Position numbers and translations under genes: made by a program
In this document: positions 23,843 through 38,610 of the stretch, in pieces
How positions within the stretch are numbered: the first letter of the stretch is position 1
Layout of the letters: every line of letters begins with the position of its first letter
Notes under the pieces: model-generated
The model's input: the letters and a program-made list of their open reading frames with translations, nothing else
Told to the model about the DNA's origin: nothing
Databases searched by the model: none
Source: Tubulanus polymorphus
Lineage: Eukaryota; Animalia; Nemertea
Reading direction: 5' to 3'
DNA: 64,000 bases
Assembly (NCBI RefSeq): GCF_964204645.1
Contig: NC_134028.1
Location: 5,766,001 to 5,830,000, forward strand

Positions 23843-26314
23843 CTACTGTTACATCGATTTAGATTTGAATAATTTTGATATCGCCGCGGAGACAATGTTT
23901 GCGGACGAATTCTGCTGAGGAGAACAACAGTTAAAACAATGCAAAGTTCATTCGAAGTTTGATAGATTGATTTCATTTAATTTTCTATGGTATATAAATC
24001 CTGCTGTTAACACTGTTAATTATGCCCTGTGGATATTGCATGGTACTGATAGTATATTCAGTTCTTCTCTTAGCACAGTCTACTACGGATATATCATATA
24101 CATGGTATAGGAGGATGGGCGTGAGACTGATGTGAAAAATGTGAACAGTTCTTGGTAATGAAATTTCAAAATTTACGAAAAAAATACGAAAAATTACAAA
24201 ATAATGTGCGAAATTTTACGAAACTTTGTTTGCAGAAAATTTTGATGATGAATTTTCAGCATAATGTTCTTTCTTTTTTGCCTTTGGAGATGCACAAATG
24301 CATACGTGCACGTATCTTTTGTGTTTCTCTTCATTTAGGCTGATTGTTTTGGATCTCGAGATCAATTTGATAAGACCCAGTGATTTCCTTCTTGTCAACT
24401 AAGCACCGTTTCACCATTCTAAAAACCAATGCTGTTTGACAGCATTTCTTACAATACTCGATGTAAAATGTATTGATACTTCGAAAATTTAACTGTGAAA
24501 AACTAGGGTTTTAGTAGAATATTATGATGTAAAAATTCCACTATTCCCGAATCTGGCCCCCCTGTTAGTAGAATATCTATGATATATCCATCTTATGATA
24601 TAACAAATGCTTACGCATATGCAGCATATCTTATCCATGATAGTCCCAAGCATGATACAATATATCGGCAAGCATAAATACCTCATGTTTGCCTTTGAAG
24701 TGGAGATATATCCGTAGTTTTCTGCGTTTATTTTCGATTAAAATGTACATACATTTTGCAGGGCTGAAAGATCTGCTTTTTGTACAGGTTTTTTTGCGGT
24801 TAGACAAAGTTCTGTTCTGTACACAGACTCTAAACAATGAGTTACTATTCTTTTCTTTTTATTTTTGCTATTGTTTTTGTCATTTTATGTGTTTCGAATT
24901 TTCACTGCCATTTGCATTACTTGTCGAGATAAGTACAGCTGCACGTAGGAAAAATTTACTCTATTTTGTTTATAATTATAATTTATATTTTCATTCTTTT
25001 TCTCTACCTACCCGCGTAGGTATCCGCTAGTTCTGTACATTAGTCAGGATGCAGTTAAATCCTGATATTATGAATCAACCCAGTACAATAGAACAACATG
25101 ACCCTTTATTCTCATTGAATAACATACTACATGGATACAACATTACCTTACATTGAATTAAAAAAAAATGATATTACAGGGTTTGTCTGTATGCTTTTGA
25201 GCTTAATTATCTTATAATTCATAGCTACAATAAAATGTATTCCACTAGAAATTATTCCGATTTATGTCCATAGATAAAACCTGGAATTGAATATCACACT
25301 GTCCTTCCTGACTTAAAAACATTCCAATAATAATGTCCATTCTGTGACCATGTCTTAATACTGTGTGCTGATTTCAACTGCTGATACGATAATGAAAAAT
25401 GATCTTTAAAATGTCTTCAATTTTGAAAAAAAATGTATAGATTTCATGGCGTTTTTTGCTGTTGTTGGATTTGAAGATCTGCCATATCTTAAGAGAGGTT
25501 ATTTTGCCAATAAGCTGGCCAATATTCACTGTTGATCCTTTTAGGTGATATTTTACGGTGAAACAGTTGAATCACTTAATAGAATCAACAATGTACCCGG
25601 CAAAGGTGTTTTTTAGTGCACGCGTGTTGAATAATTGCCAGGAATGCTTGCAGAAGAATTTTCAAATTATTTGTGCTTGTGTGTATCTGTGTGTGTGTTA
25701 TCTATGCACTTAAAAAACGGGGACAATCATCGAGGAAAATCGGTTAAAAAATGTTTCTCTCCTCATTTTGTTTTTAACATCTCATTAACGGCATTGTTGT
25801 GTACACAACATTCCTGCAGATCTGAAAAATATGTGTTTGTTCTACGCAGAGAAACTTCCAATAATTCTCATTATTTATCAATAGAATGTGCGTAGAACAG
25901 TTGTTTCAATGTAATGTATTTTATTTCTATCATAGCTCATTTCTATCAGCTAAGCTTCTCTTCTTTCATCAATTGTTACAGTAAAAAATGCCATATTTCA
26001 TTTTCTTCGGTGCTAGATGAATTTTGTATGAGAAATGAATAGTTGATATTAATGCATGAACACAATGGATCTGAATGAATGGATTGTGTTATTAGGAAAT
26101 AAAACATGAAGCGGAATGTTTTTTCAATGAAAAAAAAATGATTGTTTGGTTTTGTCTATTTGTCCATTGAACTTCTATGATATGTCTATTCACTTGGGAA
26201 CATGAAAATAATTCGCCTAGTACTCCGGCGAATTATGGGATTCGAACCTGATGGATTTTGACGTTTCCTAATTGTGCGCGAAAAATCTGCGCATTGCGTG
26301 TGTCAAATATAAAG

Positions 26315-29300
26315 ATGGCGGAATTGGACGAATATTCAGCGGCTGGTCCAAATAAACGTCCCAGACTGGACAGTGGTAGTTTCGACGTCGGCGGGCAAGT
26401 GTTAAGTTCGAACGTAAACACACGAAGAACATGTGAAGCGAATCCGGGTGACAGTAACGCGATATTGGATGAGAAAAACGCAGGTAAAGAGTCGATTTTT
26501 TCTGAATCATTTGACACAGCCTCGTTTTGGATATATTTGATTGACAGCTCGTTGATTGACAGTTAATTGACGTTTCGTGTTAAGCGTGCAATAGGCGATA
26601 TAGAGATAACATTTAAACGATTTTAAGCGAATTAACCTTTGATTGATGGATCACTTCTAACAAGAAATTTTCTTACAATTCCCTTGTGACCTGACTTCCA
26701 GCTTTCCTTGAATTTCTGACTCATTAGTCTAGGAAAATTTCATGTTTTATATTCCTGAGGCAGCCAGTCTCACCTTTTAAAGGTTACGGATGACTGATTT
26801 TCAGAGATGTTCGGCCAAGTATTATTTACCTGAAAAGCTCTTATAATAAGCTTATCATTTATCTTTTAGCTGCCGGTACCAATAACACTGAACTACCCGC
26901 TGTCATACACAGTCTAATATCAGACTATTTACCAGAACAACAACACAATTCTGGTAAGTTGTAGCGCAGTCTGAATAACCTGCTGAAACTTGGGGAATTC
27001 AAATTCAGTTTAAAGAATATCACAATTGCCATGACTGATAGGTAGGCCTTGTCATAGGATATTGGTTAGGCTTCCATAAATACAACATAATTGGAAGTTA
27101 TATATATTTAGTAATGCTATGATAATATATTTATTATTTATCAAATTAATTAAATTCTTGTATGACAATCCGACATCAATTTTACAGTTGGCTTTTTACA
27201 CTACATTTAGGTAGGCCTAACCCCCAAGAAGCAATTTCTGCTCTTGAACATCTGTAGAAGGAATTTTCCAATGCACTTAAGGAGATTGTCCGATGTCGTA
27301 TTCATCACATTTATAAATGCCCGGATAATTCCAATAATAATCGTGGGATAAAATTGCTTTGTGTGATAATATAGTATACAGGGTGGTCCAATAAAAAAAT
27401 GCAACCTCATAGCATAATGAAAGATGATATTCATCTTCAATTTGGTTCGAGTTACTAATTCATGAATGAGTTCAATTACGCAATGATCTCATAGAAAAAA
27501 AATATTGTGGTGTAATTAATTATAATTTATGGTTGGTAAAAGTTTTTCGTGAAGTGTGATTTGTCCATTCGTTCTATTATTCAATTTAGTACCACCAGTG
27601 TGCAATATACTGAGGACAACTGCTGAAGTACCTGTAGAAAAATCACCATCCCTTGACAATCCAGCTGAATATAAGGTACGGTGAATTATCTTTTCTGTTT
27701 GCTATATAATGTAGTTAATTCTTAGATTATTTTGAGTGTTCGAGTCAGTTCGATTATACAGACTCAGACTTTTTGTTAAGACGAGTTCTTTCAAGTCTAG
27801 TTGTAACTTAAACCCAATTGCAAATTTTTGGAACCATTCAATTTAAGTTGGCTATATATAGCCAATAGAAATTTGATTGTCCAACTGAGATTATCACCTT
27901 ACTCGAACGAGTTTAGTGACAATGGATTCAAATTAAAGGAGGTTATCTATGGTATTCGGACATTCTTTGTTACAGACACCCTCAACAAAACCATCGGAAG
28001 GAGGTGAAATTGAAGATGACGATATGGATGAAAATGATGATAACGTCAGTGAAATAAGTGATCTATCGGGACTCAGTGAAGCTGGATGGCGACCAGTAGC
28101 CGGTACGTTGGTAGATTATTCAATTCTTTTAAGTTTCTGGTGAACATAAAACAGGCACGATACAAGTCAACAAGAGACGTACAGATTTAAAAAGATTACC
28201 TAACTGATGCAAAGATATGTTGATATCTACATTTTTTCTAAGTAGTCGAAAATGAAAATGTTGTTATAAGAAATTTAGATTGTAAATATGTTCGAGACAC
28301 CTTGGGGAAATTTTTATACGAAGATGCGATGCCTTATTCCATGGGTCGTAGACTATTTTGAAATTTTTGTTACTTTACGAGGCATTTAGTAGAAGTAAAC
28401 TTATGGAAATTTTGACGTTCATTTAGGTCCGATATCGTGGGTCCAGCGACAGATGATCATCGGCAGCAATCCGCGAGATGTATTGAAAGGTTTGTTACCG
28501 GAGATATCGATACCGGACGACACGGAAGACTTGATGTTGTGGAAATTAGTTGTCAACATTCTGTCGGAACCGGCCAAACGGAAAAAGCTGCCGCACATCA
28601 ATACGATAGACAACGTCGTCGATTTGATGAGAAAATGCAAGAAAATTATGGTGCTAACAGGAGCTGGAGTATGTACATCAATGCATTTTAAAGAACTTTC
28701 TCTTGTCTTTGATATCTGAGCCATAACTTCACTCAAAAATAGATCTTAATTCGTAATGTTTATACTGGAATGGCTATACAAATAAAATTAGATATGACTA
28801 CTCTTCGATAGGTTTTGGTGGGGTGGCCACTCCTCCCATTTTCAACCACCCCTAATGAAATATCTTCTGCCCTATCAGAGTGGATGTAGATATTCTATTA
28901 ATGCTGATAATTGCTTTGAAATATATTGAGCTATTGTGAAAAACAGAAGATTATACCCTGGTACTATAAATAAGCTTCAATTTTTTGGGTGATCGAAAAC
29001 CTTGCTACTTCAGCATGATATGTCATAATACACTTGACAATGAATGCAGCCCCTTTAGAATTCCAGCATATGGAGAACAGTGGGTCTTAAGTTCTTTTAT
29101 TGGCTATAGAATGAATGCATCTTTTTCAAAGCTTTGATTCTTCGACTGAACCCAGGTTTCAATTACATGTCCTAATATCCATTCTACTCTTGTTTCTAGG
29201 TTTCGGTATCGTGTGGTATTCCAGACTTCAGGTCGAAGGACGGAATTTACGCTCGTATCGCTGTCGATTATCCAGACCTTAAAGAACCACAAGATATGTT

Positions 29301-32030
29301 CGATATACACTTATTCCTGAAGGATCCAAGACCCTTCTTCAAATTTGCTAAAGTAAGTTGCGCGATAGCTTAATTCGTACTACGGTAAATGCAAATTGTT
29401 TTAAGTTATGCCCAGGTGGGATCGAGGTTATCAGTGATTTATGATAGGGTTACTTTTGCAGGGTCCCTGCAACTCTTTGATTCCTTAAAAACAGGAATGA
29501 CTGATCTGTAGGACCCTGTTTTAAAGCTGTGTTAAAAACACTACTTTTTATGCAATATTTAATCAACTATTTTAGTTAGTAAGTCGTATATCGCTTTATA
29601 TGTTTGTAAAATGTGCTGATATGTACATGGAGCGCAATAAATAAAAGATAGATTGTTATTTTGATGTTAGGATTGTTATTTTGATGTTAATTTGTTTTCG
29701 TAATTTTAGGAGATTTACCCTGGTCAGTTCCATCCATCCAGATGTCATCGGTTTATACGTAAAATCGAAGAGCAAAATAAACTATTGCGCAACTATACTC
29801 AAAATATTGACACACTCGAGCAAACTGCTGGTATTCAAAATGTCATTCAGTGCCACGGTAAGTAGACACACATCAATTTTCAATACCTGGAAAACTTCGG
29901 GAATTTGGATATTCTATTGACCACGCGTTTCTTTATCACTACGAGATTCATGAAAATGAATGAATTGTAGCATTTTAAACCAAGAAATTCCTCGGATTTA
30001 CTCGGGGAATTGTCCCTTTACATCATGGAAAAATCAGGGAAAGTGCAGAAAATTAGGAAAAAACACTCGATTCTGAATCTCTTGTTCAATTGAAGCGTAT
30101 GAATTGTTATTATAGGATCATTTGTCACGGCTACTTGTGTGACTTGTAAATATAAGTGTAATGCTGAAGATATACGAGCCGACATCATGAATCAGGTACG
30201 CGTTCAATTCGCGAAATAAATCTCCCAAAAATTTTAATTCCAATCGGTCGAAATACAATCTAATATATACGTCTGCTTCGCTCGACAGGTTATTCCACGT
30301 TGCCCTAAATGTCCGGCCGATACAGAATTTCCCGTAATGAAGCCGGATATCGTATTTTTCGGCGAGGGTTTATCCGAAGAATTTCATCGACAGATGGAGA
30401 AAGATAAAGACGATTGTGACTTGCTGATAGTCATCGGTTCGTCGCTGAAAGTCCGACCCGTTGCTCTTATACCCAGTAAGTTTTGAACTCATTTTGAATG
30501 AAAAGATTCTCTATCGGGACAATTGCCATTTCAAACTTTACCGTTTCGAGGCTAAATTCTTTCATGAAACTGAAGCCTGATCTGATAAAGTATCAGATCA
30601 CTAACTATTGTGGCTAAGCTCGGGCTAGTTTGGCAGGGTTTCATACCGTGGCGAGTCTCGATGCCATCAGGTTCGAATCCCTGCCGGTGGTGATATGAAA
30701 AAATTACGATGTTTCGATTTATTCTAGATTCGATACCTGCTGATTGTCCTCAGGTGTTAATCAACCGTGAACCGTTGCCGCATCTGAATTTCGACGTCGA
30801 ATTGCTCGGCGACTGCGACGTCATCGTCAACGAGTTGTGTCATCGTCTCGGTGACGCGTGGTCGGACATCTGCGGCGAGTTGCCGCTCGACGAGGTTCGA
30901 AAAGATGCGTTGACCACGCCGAAACTGACGCGTAGCCCGGTTACCGCCGTCGAGGAGAACAGCCAACAATCGACGACGAACGAGTTCACGCAGTTGACCG
31001 TACGCAGCAATAGCACGAACAGTTCGCTAAGTGATTTACAATCGGACAACTGTCTGTCGCCGGCCGATTCCGATTGTCGCCAGCGCGACAGCAGCGAGTG
31101 TTCGAGCGACAGCGCGATCGAATCGGGCAGCGGCAGCGGCGAAGAGGGTGAAATTGAGGCGCATCGACGACCTCGCGACAACGACGTTTCACTGGAAGAA
31201 GAGGATGTTAATGAAAATCACGAACTGGAAACGTTGCGAGAAATGTGGAATTCGAAACGTTCGTCGATAGCTTCTCGGTTATCCGGTAAGTTGCGTCATA
31301 ACCTCTTGTGTGTACCACAGATGCCTTTGCAGTTAGTTATTGTTCACATGCACCATATTAGATGTAAAATGGCCGTTAATCATGACTTTGTATGGAGTTA
31401 GATTCTTGCGTTCTACATCTAAAGGGACCATCCATATCGATAAGGGCGGATCTAGGATTTGTGGAAGGGTGCACCTGAAAAATGGAATGGGCACTTAATT
31501 TGAATTTGAAAAAGGTAGATTTGGCACTGCAGGGCTGCAAGGGAAACATTGTTTGGGGTTCTGGTGTTCCTCCCGCATTTGAATTTTGAAGGGGGTAGAA
31601 CAGTCCATCCGGATTGCCCCCCTAAATAGTATGCAATTCACTGACCATTCACTGACTAGTGTGAAGTAGTGATAGTACGAGTGTAATCCATGCTTTCGTT
31701 GATTATTGATGATATTGTTGTTTTTCGATTGTAGGCGGTTCGTACCTCTATCAGCCCCCGAGTCGGTACGTCTTCAAAGGAGCCGAAGTTTACAGCGACG
31801 ACGAATCGTCGAATAGCGATTCGGATAGTTCGAGCAGCGACGACGACACGGACGACGAAAGCGCGCCCGCTTGTCGTAAAATCAACCGCACGGAAAACCA
31901 GGACACGAATAACCGTAGCGAAACTATAGCCGGCGCCACTGATTTAGACTGTAGGAATTCCGGAAAGGAGATAGTTGCCTCGGAGAGTCGGGTGAATTCG
32001 ACTAGCGTAGACGAGGGGGTGTCTTGTTGA
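26315..32030 (+). CDS. SIRT1: NAD-dependent deacetylase sirtuin-1, 11 coding exons
   Basis: Exons ~26315-26483, 26870-26953, 27589-27676, 27976-28102, 28427-28668, 29200-29352, 29710-29857, 30116-30195, 30289-30475, 30728-31285, 31735-32030. Motifs: [32 protein letters not shown], CxxC..CxxC zinc site, [58 protein letters not shown]. Confidence 0.97.
31442..31625. mobile_element. Degenerate MITE (GGGCGGATCTAGGATTT type) in the last SIRT1 intron
   Basis: Imperfect termini AGGGCGGATCTAGGATTT ... CCGGATTGCCCCCCT. Confidence 0.4.
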
Positions 32031-32149
32031 TTCGACCGAATCTGTTATATACCAAATGTTGTCTGTATTAATACATATTGAAATTAGATATCTAAAACGT
32101 ACGGTGCACCCTTGGCCTATCTGTCACTTAAAATGAAAATATTCACCTT

Positions 32150-32537
32150 GGGGTTCTTATGGGTTTTGGAAAGTGATAATATTTTTTCAGGCCCTGGAAA
32201 AGCCATGGAAATTATATTTCATTCTCTGTGGCTATGGAAAATATATTGGAAATTAGAAAATGGTCTCAAAATGAAATTTTCCTTCAATTTTAAATTTCAG
32301 GCTATATGCCTAATAGTCTTTTAATTTTGATGACAACCGGGATTTGTCACTTTCCATATTGTGCATAGCCACTTGTACATATTTGATAAAAATCTTTATG
32401 AAAACTATTTGTCAAAGGTATATCGATACTTTATTGCCAGCTATTTACTTCGAATGGGCAATTGTATGGAAAAAAAATGTAACTTGGGGTATGGAAAAGT
32501 TATGGAAGATGAAATAGGTTAACCCGTGAGAACCCTG
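32150..32537. mobile_element. hAT-like MITE just downstream of the SIRT1 stop codon
   Basis: GGGGTTCTTATGGG ... CCCGTGAGAACCCTG termini, with internal TGGAAA repeats. Confidence 0.55.
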
Positions 32538-35149
32538 TCACCTGGGGGTCTAAAACTTCATTTGAAATTATACAATTCTGGATTGAAGATACGCAATTTA
32601 AAGTATGTTAGTACCTATGCACCAATCATTACAATTCCCCCTAGGCTAATCAAGGGTGCACTTTCATACTCAATAGATACTTATTCGAAAAGCTATTTAT
32701 TTTTGGAACTGATGCATTTCAAAATTTGACAATGGCATTACCATATACGTATAATTTAAGTTGACATCAGAATGGAGTATTGTTTAAATCGTATATGCTC
32801 CAGCTCTGCAGGGCTGTTTTACTGAAATCTGAATATTACATTCGCGCTCCTGGCGTTAGAAAACTTTAAGGAAATGAGAAGCGATTTAGCGTAAGCCATG
32901 AGTCAGTCGATAGAGGCTTCTTATAGTCCAAAAACGATCTAAATCTCGAGATTGGTAAGAACGATTATCTGAAACCAGTCCCTGGGTCATACTTTTCCGC
33001 CATTTAGTAGAGTAGCCATTTGCAAATATTAAAAACCCTTCTGACTTGGTCAGAGCAAGGCATTGAGGTATGCAGATCCGAGGTACTGTATTACCGATGT
33101 ATTACAAAGCGTGAAGACTGACTTTGTATATTCGCTTTGATGGATCCATTTTTCACAAGAAATATAAAAACCCGTTGCATTTAAGTACATACGTATTCAT
33201 AAAAGAAATTTTGTATTTTCTTACAAACGATTATTGTTAGAATAAAGGTTAATATTAGTACTAGATAGAGAAGGCGGTGGTAGGAAAATCTATAGCTCAA
33301 CTAACTAGAAGAATCAAGGGGTCTATGCAAAAAGTTGTTTTTAGGTAATATCCGCAATGATTAGAATCTGGCATTTAAAACAGTTCTTCGTTGTTTTTCG
33401 TGATCTTCCAATTACAAAAATTACTATATTTCTAAAAGCGCACATCGTTTTTTTCATTCCTACCGTTAGAAATTTCGTAACAGTTAAGAGAAATACCGTT
33501 CCCGACTCCTTCCTTTTGTATCGTTTTTCCGAAGGATTTTGCGTTGTATGTGTTTGACTTCCAGATTCTGTATTGTAATTTTGGTACGAAGTAGTATTTC
33601 ATTATGAAATGGAAAAAGCGTTGCTTATCCTGGATTCGTCTTGTTCCGGATAGCGGACAGTTGTATTACAGAGGTTAAGCTGAATTCCTATTGATCTCCG
33701 ACTATTTTCAAGCAATAATTCAACCTTCGGTTCCATTGTTGTCGTCATCGTCGTTCTCTTGTTGTAAATATTTGATATATTTTTCATCGAAAATGAAAAA
33801 GGAAAAAAAAATCATGAAGTAGTAAGTTAGTTCACTCGAAGAAAAAAAATGTGCTTGTCACTCGTATATACAGTTTACGTACTACAAACTGATGAGGCGT
33901 AGGCCTGTTGATATTCTAAAGACCGCCTCCCATCTCAAGTTAATATATGTCATATGTATGCATTGATCGTTCTGAAAGTTCCAAGCAAAACAACTGAAGA
34001 TTTTTGAGCGTGTAAATATTGCCTATTGAGACCCTAGAGATAGTAAAATGGTACTAGCAATGTTTAGATCTCGTTCCTACATTTAGACATCAACATCGGG
34101 ATAAGGTGCTCATTTGACATGCGCATGTTTCGAGTTTCACACGCGCATGTTTTGAATGAAGTATATAAACGATTCAAGAATCCGTATTAAAGGGAAGACT
34201 GTTGGTTGTATACTGATGAAATGAGCTGTTGAAAGTGACTGTGTAATGTATTTTACGCAATGTCGGATAAGCCGGCTCGGGTAGCTGGTTCTTATTGTCG
34301 TCGACTACCGGCACTTTCGAGACTGAATTCAAGAAATATATTCGTACGGAAATTATGGTACATATGTATCGCTTATTATTGCTGTAAATTAGAAATCGAC
34401 GAGAAAAAAGCACTTATGTATTTTTGTATCGGAATCGTTGTAATATATAACGCTATTGTTGACTGGTTTGTTTTTTTTCAGTGGTTTTTTTAACGTAAAA
34501 TTTGAATCATGCCGATGATGAAATATAATCGTATGTCCTATCTTGTCTATTTACGTACCGTATCTCCGGTACAGCCAAAATGATATCAGAAATCATTCAT
34601 AAACAGAATCAGCGCGATTGATTGTCTACATCGCTTAAGGATTTAGATTTTTTGTATCAAAAATGCATAATAATTTAACAATGTCAATTCAGCGTTGATG
34701 AAATAAGGTTCTTGTGTTATACATAAGTGGTGGGTAAAGAAAATTACGTTCGTAGATAGTAAGCTCTGCAATAGAGCGCTGATATGTTTGGTGCTGAAGT
34801 AGTTACAAGAAAAATACTTTCAGCCGCTTGAAATCGGAAGCAATCTCAATCTTTTAGATAAAGGCGTATAATGGTGTATTCGGTAAATACTTGATTGTTT
34901 ATTTAGGATGTATAAGTTATAATAAGAAAATGTAGTAGTTCATATTATTATGGTATATTATTATTTTATCATTTTGTTATCATATTATGGTAATCGTAGT
35001 GTTACCCAAAATATAGCTTTATTTCGGTATAAGGAAAGGGGTCACTGCGTCACTGCTAAAGGCAAGCTCAGGTCACCCAGACTGTAGGATTTATGAGTTG
35101 CTGGTCGGGAGAAGTGCCAGTGGTTTCTTGTGAACATGTAGTTGATAAA

Positions 35150-35427
35150 AGCTGCGATCTCTCAAGGGTTCATAATTTCAAATTTAGCGTGGGTCAACTT
35201 TGGCCTCCGACCGGCCAAAAACATTGGACCAGGCCCGAGTTAAATTTTAGCATGGATTAAATTATTGCGTGTGAATTGCTTCATTTGCCTGAAGTGACTA
35301 ACTTCGCTTTGTTCAAGCATTGTTTAGTATCGAGTGAGCGGTTTACGTGTGAACGCGCTCTCTAATTAGGCACGGGCCAAATTTGACTCGGGGCCTGGTG
35401 CCAAATCGTCGCTGTGTAATCGCGGCT
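35150..35427 (-). mobile_element. PIF/Harbinger-like MITE, inverted copy of 39002-39303
   Basis: Internal GGTTTACGTGTGAACGCGCTC.CTAATTAGGCAC.GGCCAAA is the reverse complement of the 39050-39092 segment. Termini GCTGCGATC ... AATCGCGGC. Confidence 0.7.
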
Positions 35428-38400
35428 AAGGTCACAGCAATTGTCATGTGCCAGATGCATTCGCACCTTAGTCATGCGTAGCATCACCGAAGTATAACAG
35501 GGCCATAAAAAATTGGTGATTTCTACTTGTGGTTGCCAATCAACATGAGATGTCCATAGGTCAAAGCTACGGGTGATCGAGGAGTTGCTCTGAATCCGGT
35601 TAGTGTTAATGGTTTCGCAAAGGCAACCTGGACTTAGCTTTAATAGGAGTCTTTGATTTAAGTTCCGAAAAACGTGTTGTTGCTCGTAGTAAAAGTAGTG
35701 TGTGATTTCTTTTGAAAATTGCGAAGAATATTATGTAGATTTTTTGTGATCGTTGTTATTGTTATTGTATGTGACAGAAATATATATATAACAACGCGTT
35801 GATTTAGTGTCTTGAGGTCTGGTTGTAAAAAGCAAAGGTATTTAGTGGTTTTAAGTATTACTCGTCGATATGTAGTTTTTCTCTTAGAGATGGATATTGT
35901 AAATTACGATGGAAAATTGATATCAGTAATAGCCGTTTTATATATTAAAAGAATATTTTACGATTGTAGTTAGAAAAGATAAAAGAAAAAAAATAGTTTA
36001 AGACGGGACCAGATTTTTGATTGCTCCACTTCATGGATATTTTATAGAAATAGAAAATATAATACTCCATCGTCAATTGTTCTGATGCCGGATGAAATGT
36101 CGAAGAGAAAAAAAAACGCGTCGTGCATTCCGTTTTTTTTTTTTCGAAAGAATTTCATGTCGTTGATATAATCTTTGAGGATCCTACATTAGCTGGCTAT
36201 GAAGGACAGTCGCGTATACGAATATATAGCAGGACGGAATTAAGAATTATTATGTAAATAGAAATAATGTACAATTAATATAATTATAAATTAACGTTGA
36301 AACTGATGATCTCCAAGCTGTAGCACATAGGATTATTATTATTATTATAATTATTACTATATTGTCATGTATCTGAAAATTTTATATGGACTTTGTATAC
36401 TTAATTAATCTCAAGCCAGTAAAAAACTGGTTCAGTCATTAGGGCCTTCTTGCGAAACCTGTCATTCTATGTCAGTAAACGAGGTTGGCTGGCACAATTT
36501 GAATGTATGAAGAAACCCCCAAGGGGTTTGATAACTGTAAATATAATGGCTTACTTAACACTAATCTGTAAATAGATTTAGATTCAGGGAAGTATTGTTT
36601 TTGCCGCTGACTGGACTGTCTATGATTCAAATTACTTCGTTATGATCCATTTTGTCGAACCCAGATATTTATGTTTTAAATCTCATTTGAGTTTTACTAG
36701 AAGTGGAAATATGTAGCGGTACGATTCTCAGGATTGCAAATGCGTCCTTTGATTCTGCAGTAAAATTCGGCCTGCTGTCCACATTTACTTGCCGATTGAA
36801 TTTCAGTCATCGTTGAAGATAAGATCATAGCCAACCTACCTTGATAAAGTAAAATACTTTTTTTTCGTTTGCAGAATTATTACATCCCCCGAAGTCCAGT
36901 TAGCCTTGAAAACAATCATTAGAATTAACTTACATAAACTGATATTGTTAATGAATTTCTAGGTATGTTCTTTTTTTTTATACACGGGTGTATTATTAAG
37001 CGGGTGGTGTATAATGTATATTGTCTTCGGTACTTCGTGCTGTATAATTGAGAAGTGACCGTCGTGGGTTAAAAAGAGAAAATCATTATTTTTGTTACTA
37101 CAGTCGTCGAAAAGAGATAAAATGTGCCATTCTTATCGATAATTACGAAACTTAATAAACTACCAAAGCATGATTTATTCAGAATCTGAATCATCATATT
37201 TTAGTCGATTTTTTGGGGAATTCTGTACATACAAATAACTATTGGCATATGTATGAATCGTTCAATAATGTTTTTGTTCACGTGTCGTCCATTTTTTTTC
37301 TGTTCATCCGTCTTGAGTGAACGTGTTTTCGTAACTGAAGACTCTCTTAAACTTAATACTCGACACCGAAGTCTCAGCTCCCTTTCACTAGATAATCTGA
37401 ATTCTAGGCGACCTTATTTGGTTGAATATATTCCGCTTTGGAAATTTTGGTATCGGTTTTGAATTCTCGCAACTCACTGAAAGTGTCAGGCTACTCATAG
37501 CATGTTCTACATTTCTTTTAAACCATTTCCAATAACTAGGTAAGGCTGAGTCTTAAGAATCCTAATTATCTAACTGCCAGCATTGCTTTAAACCCCTTAT
37601 ATATGATTTGGTACTTCATTAAGGCTTATATTTTGATGATGCTGATGATGGTGTTCGTTAATGTAACTGTATTGTATAACAGTGTTACAATGTGTAATGT
37701 AAATGTTACAGATTTCTCTGTTCCTGTTTATATATGCCAAGTACAAAAGCTAAAATAAATTTTATGTCCTGTTGCTACAAGATAATTACGTAGTTACTTC
37801 GTTATAGTTTTATTGAGGTTTCTGGAGGTGGTTGACTGCTGTACTACTGTTAAGTCTGTAAACATTGTCTGTCCGTCATTAACCCATATTCTACTCTGTA
37901 TGTCTGCAGTTCAAACAAAATGGCTAAGTTGCAGTTGTGACCCGGCTATAGAATCGTGATCAACCAAGTCCAACCATGAGCTACTGCACAAATCTGATCT
38001 GTTCAAAGAGAATATTTGTTGCAATTTTTTAGATACCGTCCTACTTGGATCACTAAAAAAACAGCGTAAGCCCGAAGGTAGACAAATAGAGCGGACTTGT
38101 ACCGAATCTGCTGAGACTGCCTTGAACTTTGTAAACAAACAGGGGTTACTATTGAATCAATTAACCTACAATTCCTGCAATATGACATAGAAAAATGCAA
38201 AGATTTATCTAAATCTATCAGACATATTATTATTCTCTTTGAAATGACAAATAAATACAGAATACAAATGTACAAACGAAATCGATAAAATCTAACAAAA
38301 ATTGAGATGGACGGATCCAGAGTAAAACAAGTCATTCAAATCATGGACATTTTAACTTGAACAACAGTGAAAAGTACATAGACATAATCTCAATAATTTC

Positions 38401-38610
38401 TCACAAATTCTGGCTTATGAAGAATGAATTGTTCCTATGTTCACGAAAGGTGTTACTCGGCAGACTCTGCTTAGCTTGGATTCAATGATTGATATCAATT
38501 TTTGTCACTAAGCCGAGATAAAATCAGATAACCTCAACAATTGGAAGAAAAGCAGGGTCTACTATTTGATAATGCTAGTCCTCGGGGATTTTAATTAACA
38601 ATTCCATAAT

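Noticed and set aside
33889-33910. CTGATGAGGC as a canonical hammerhead core
   Set aside because: No stem II followed by GAAA. Other CTGATGA hits I checked in the window also fail.
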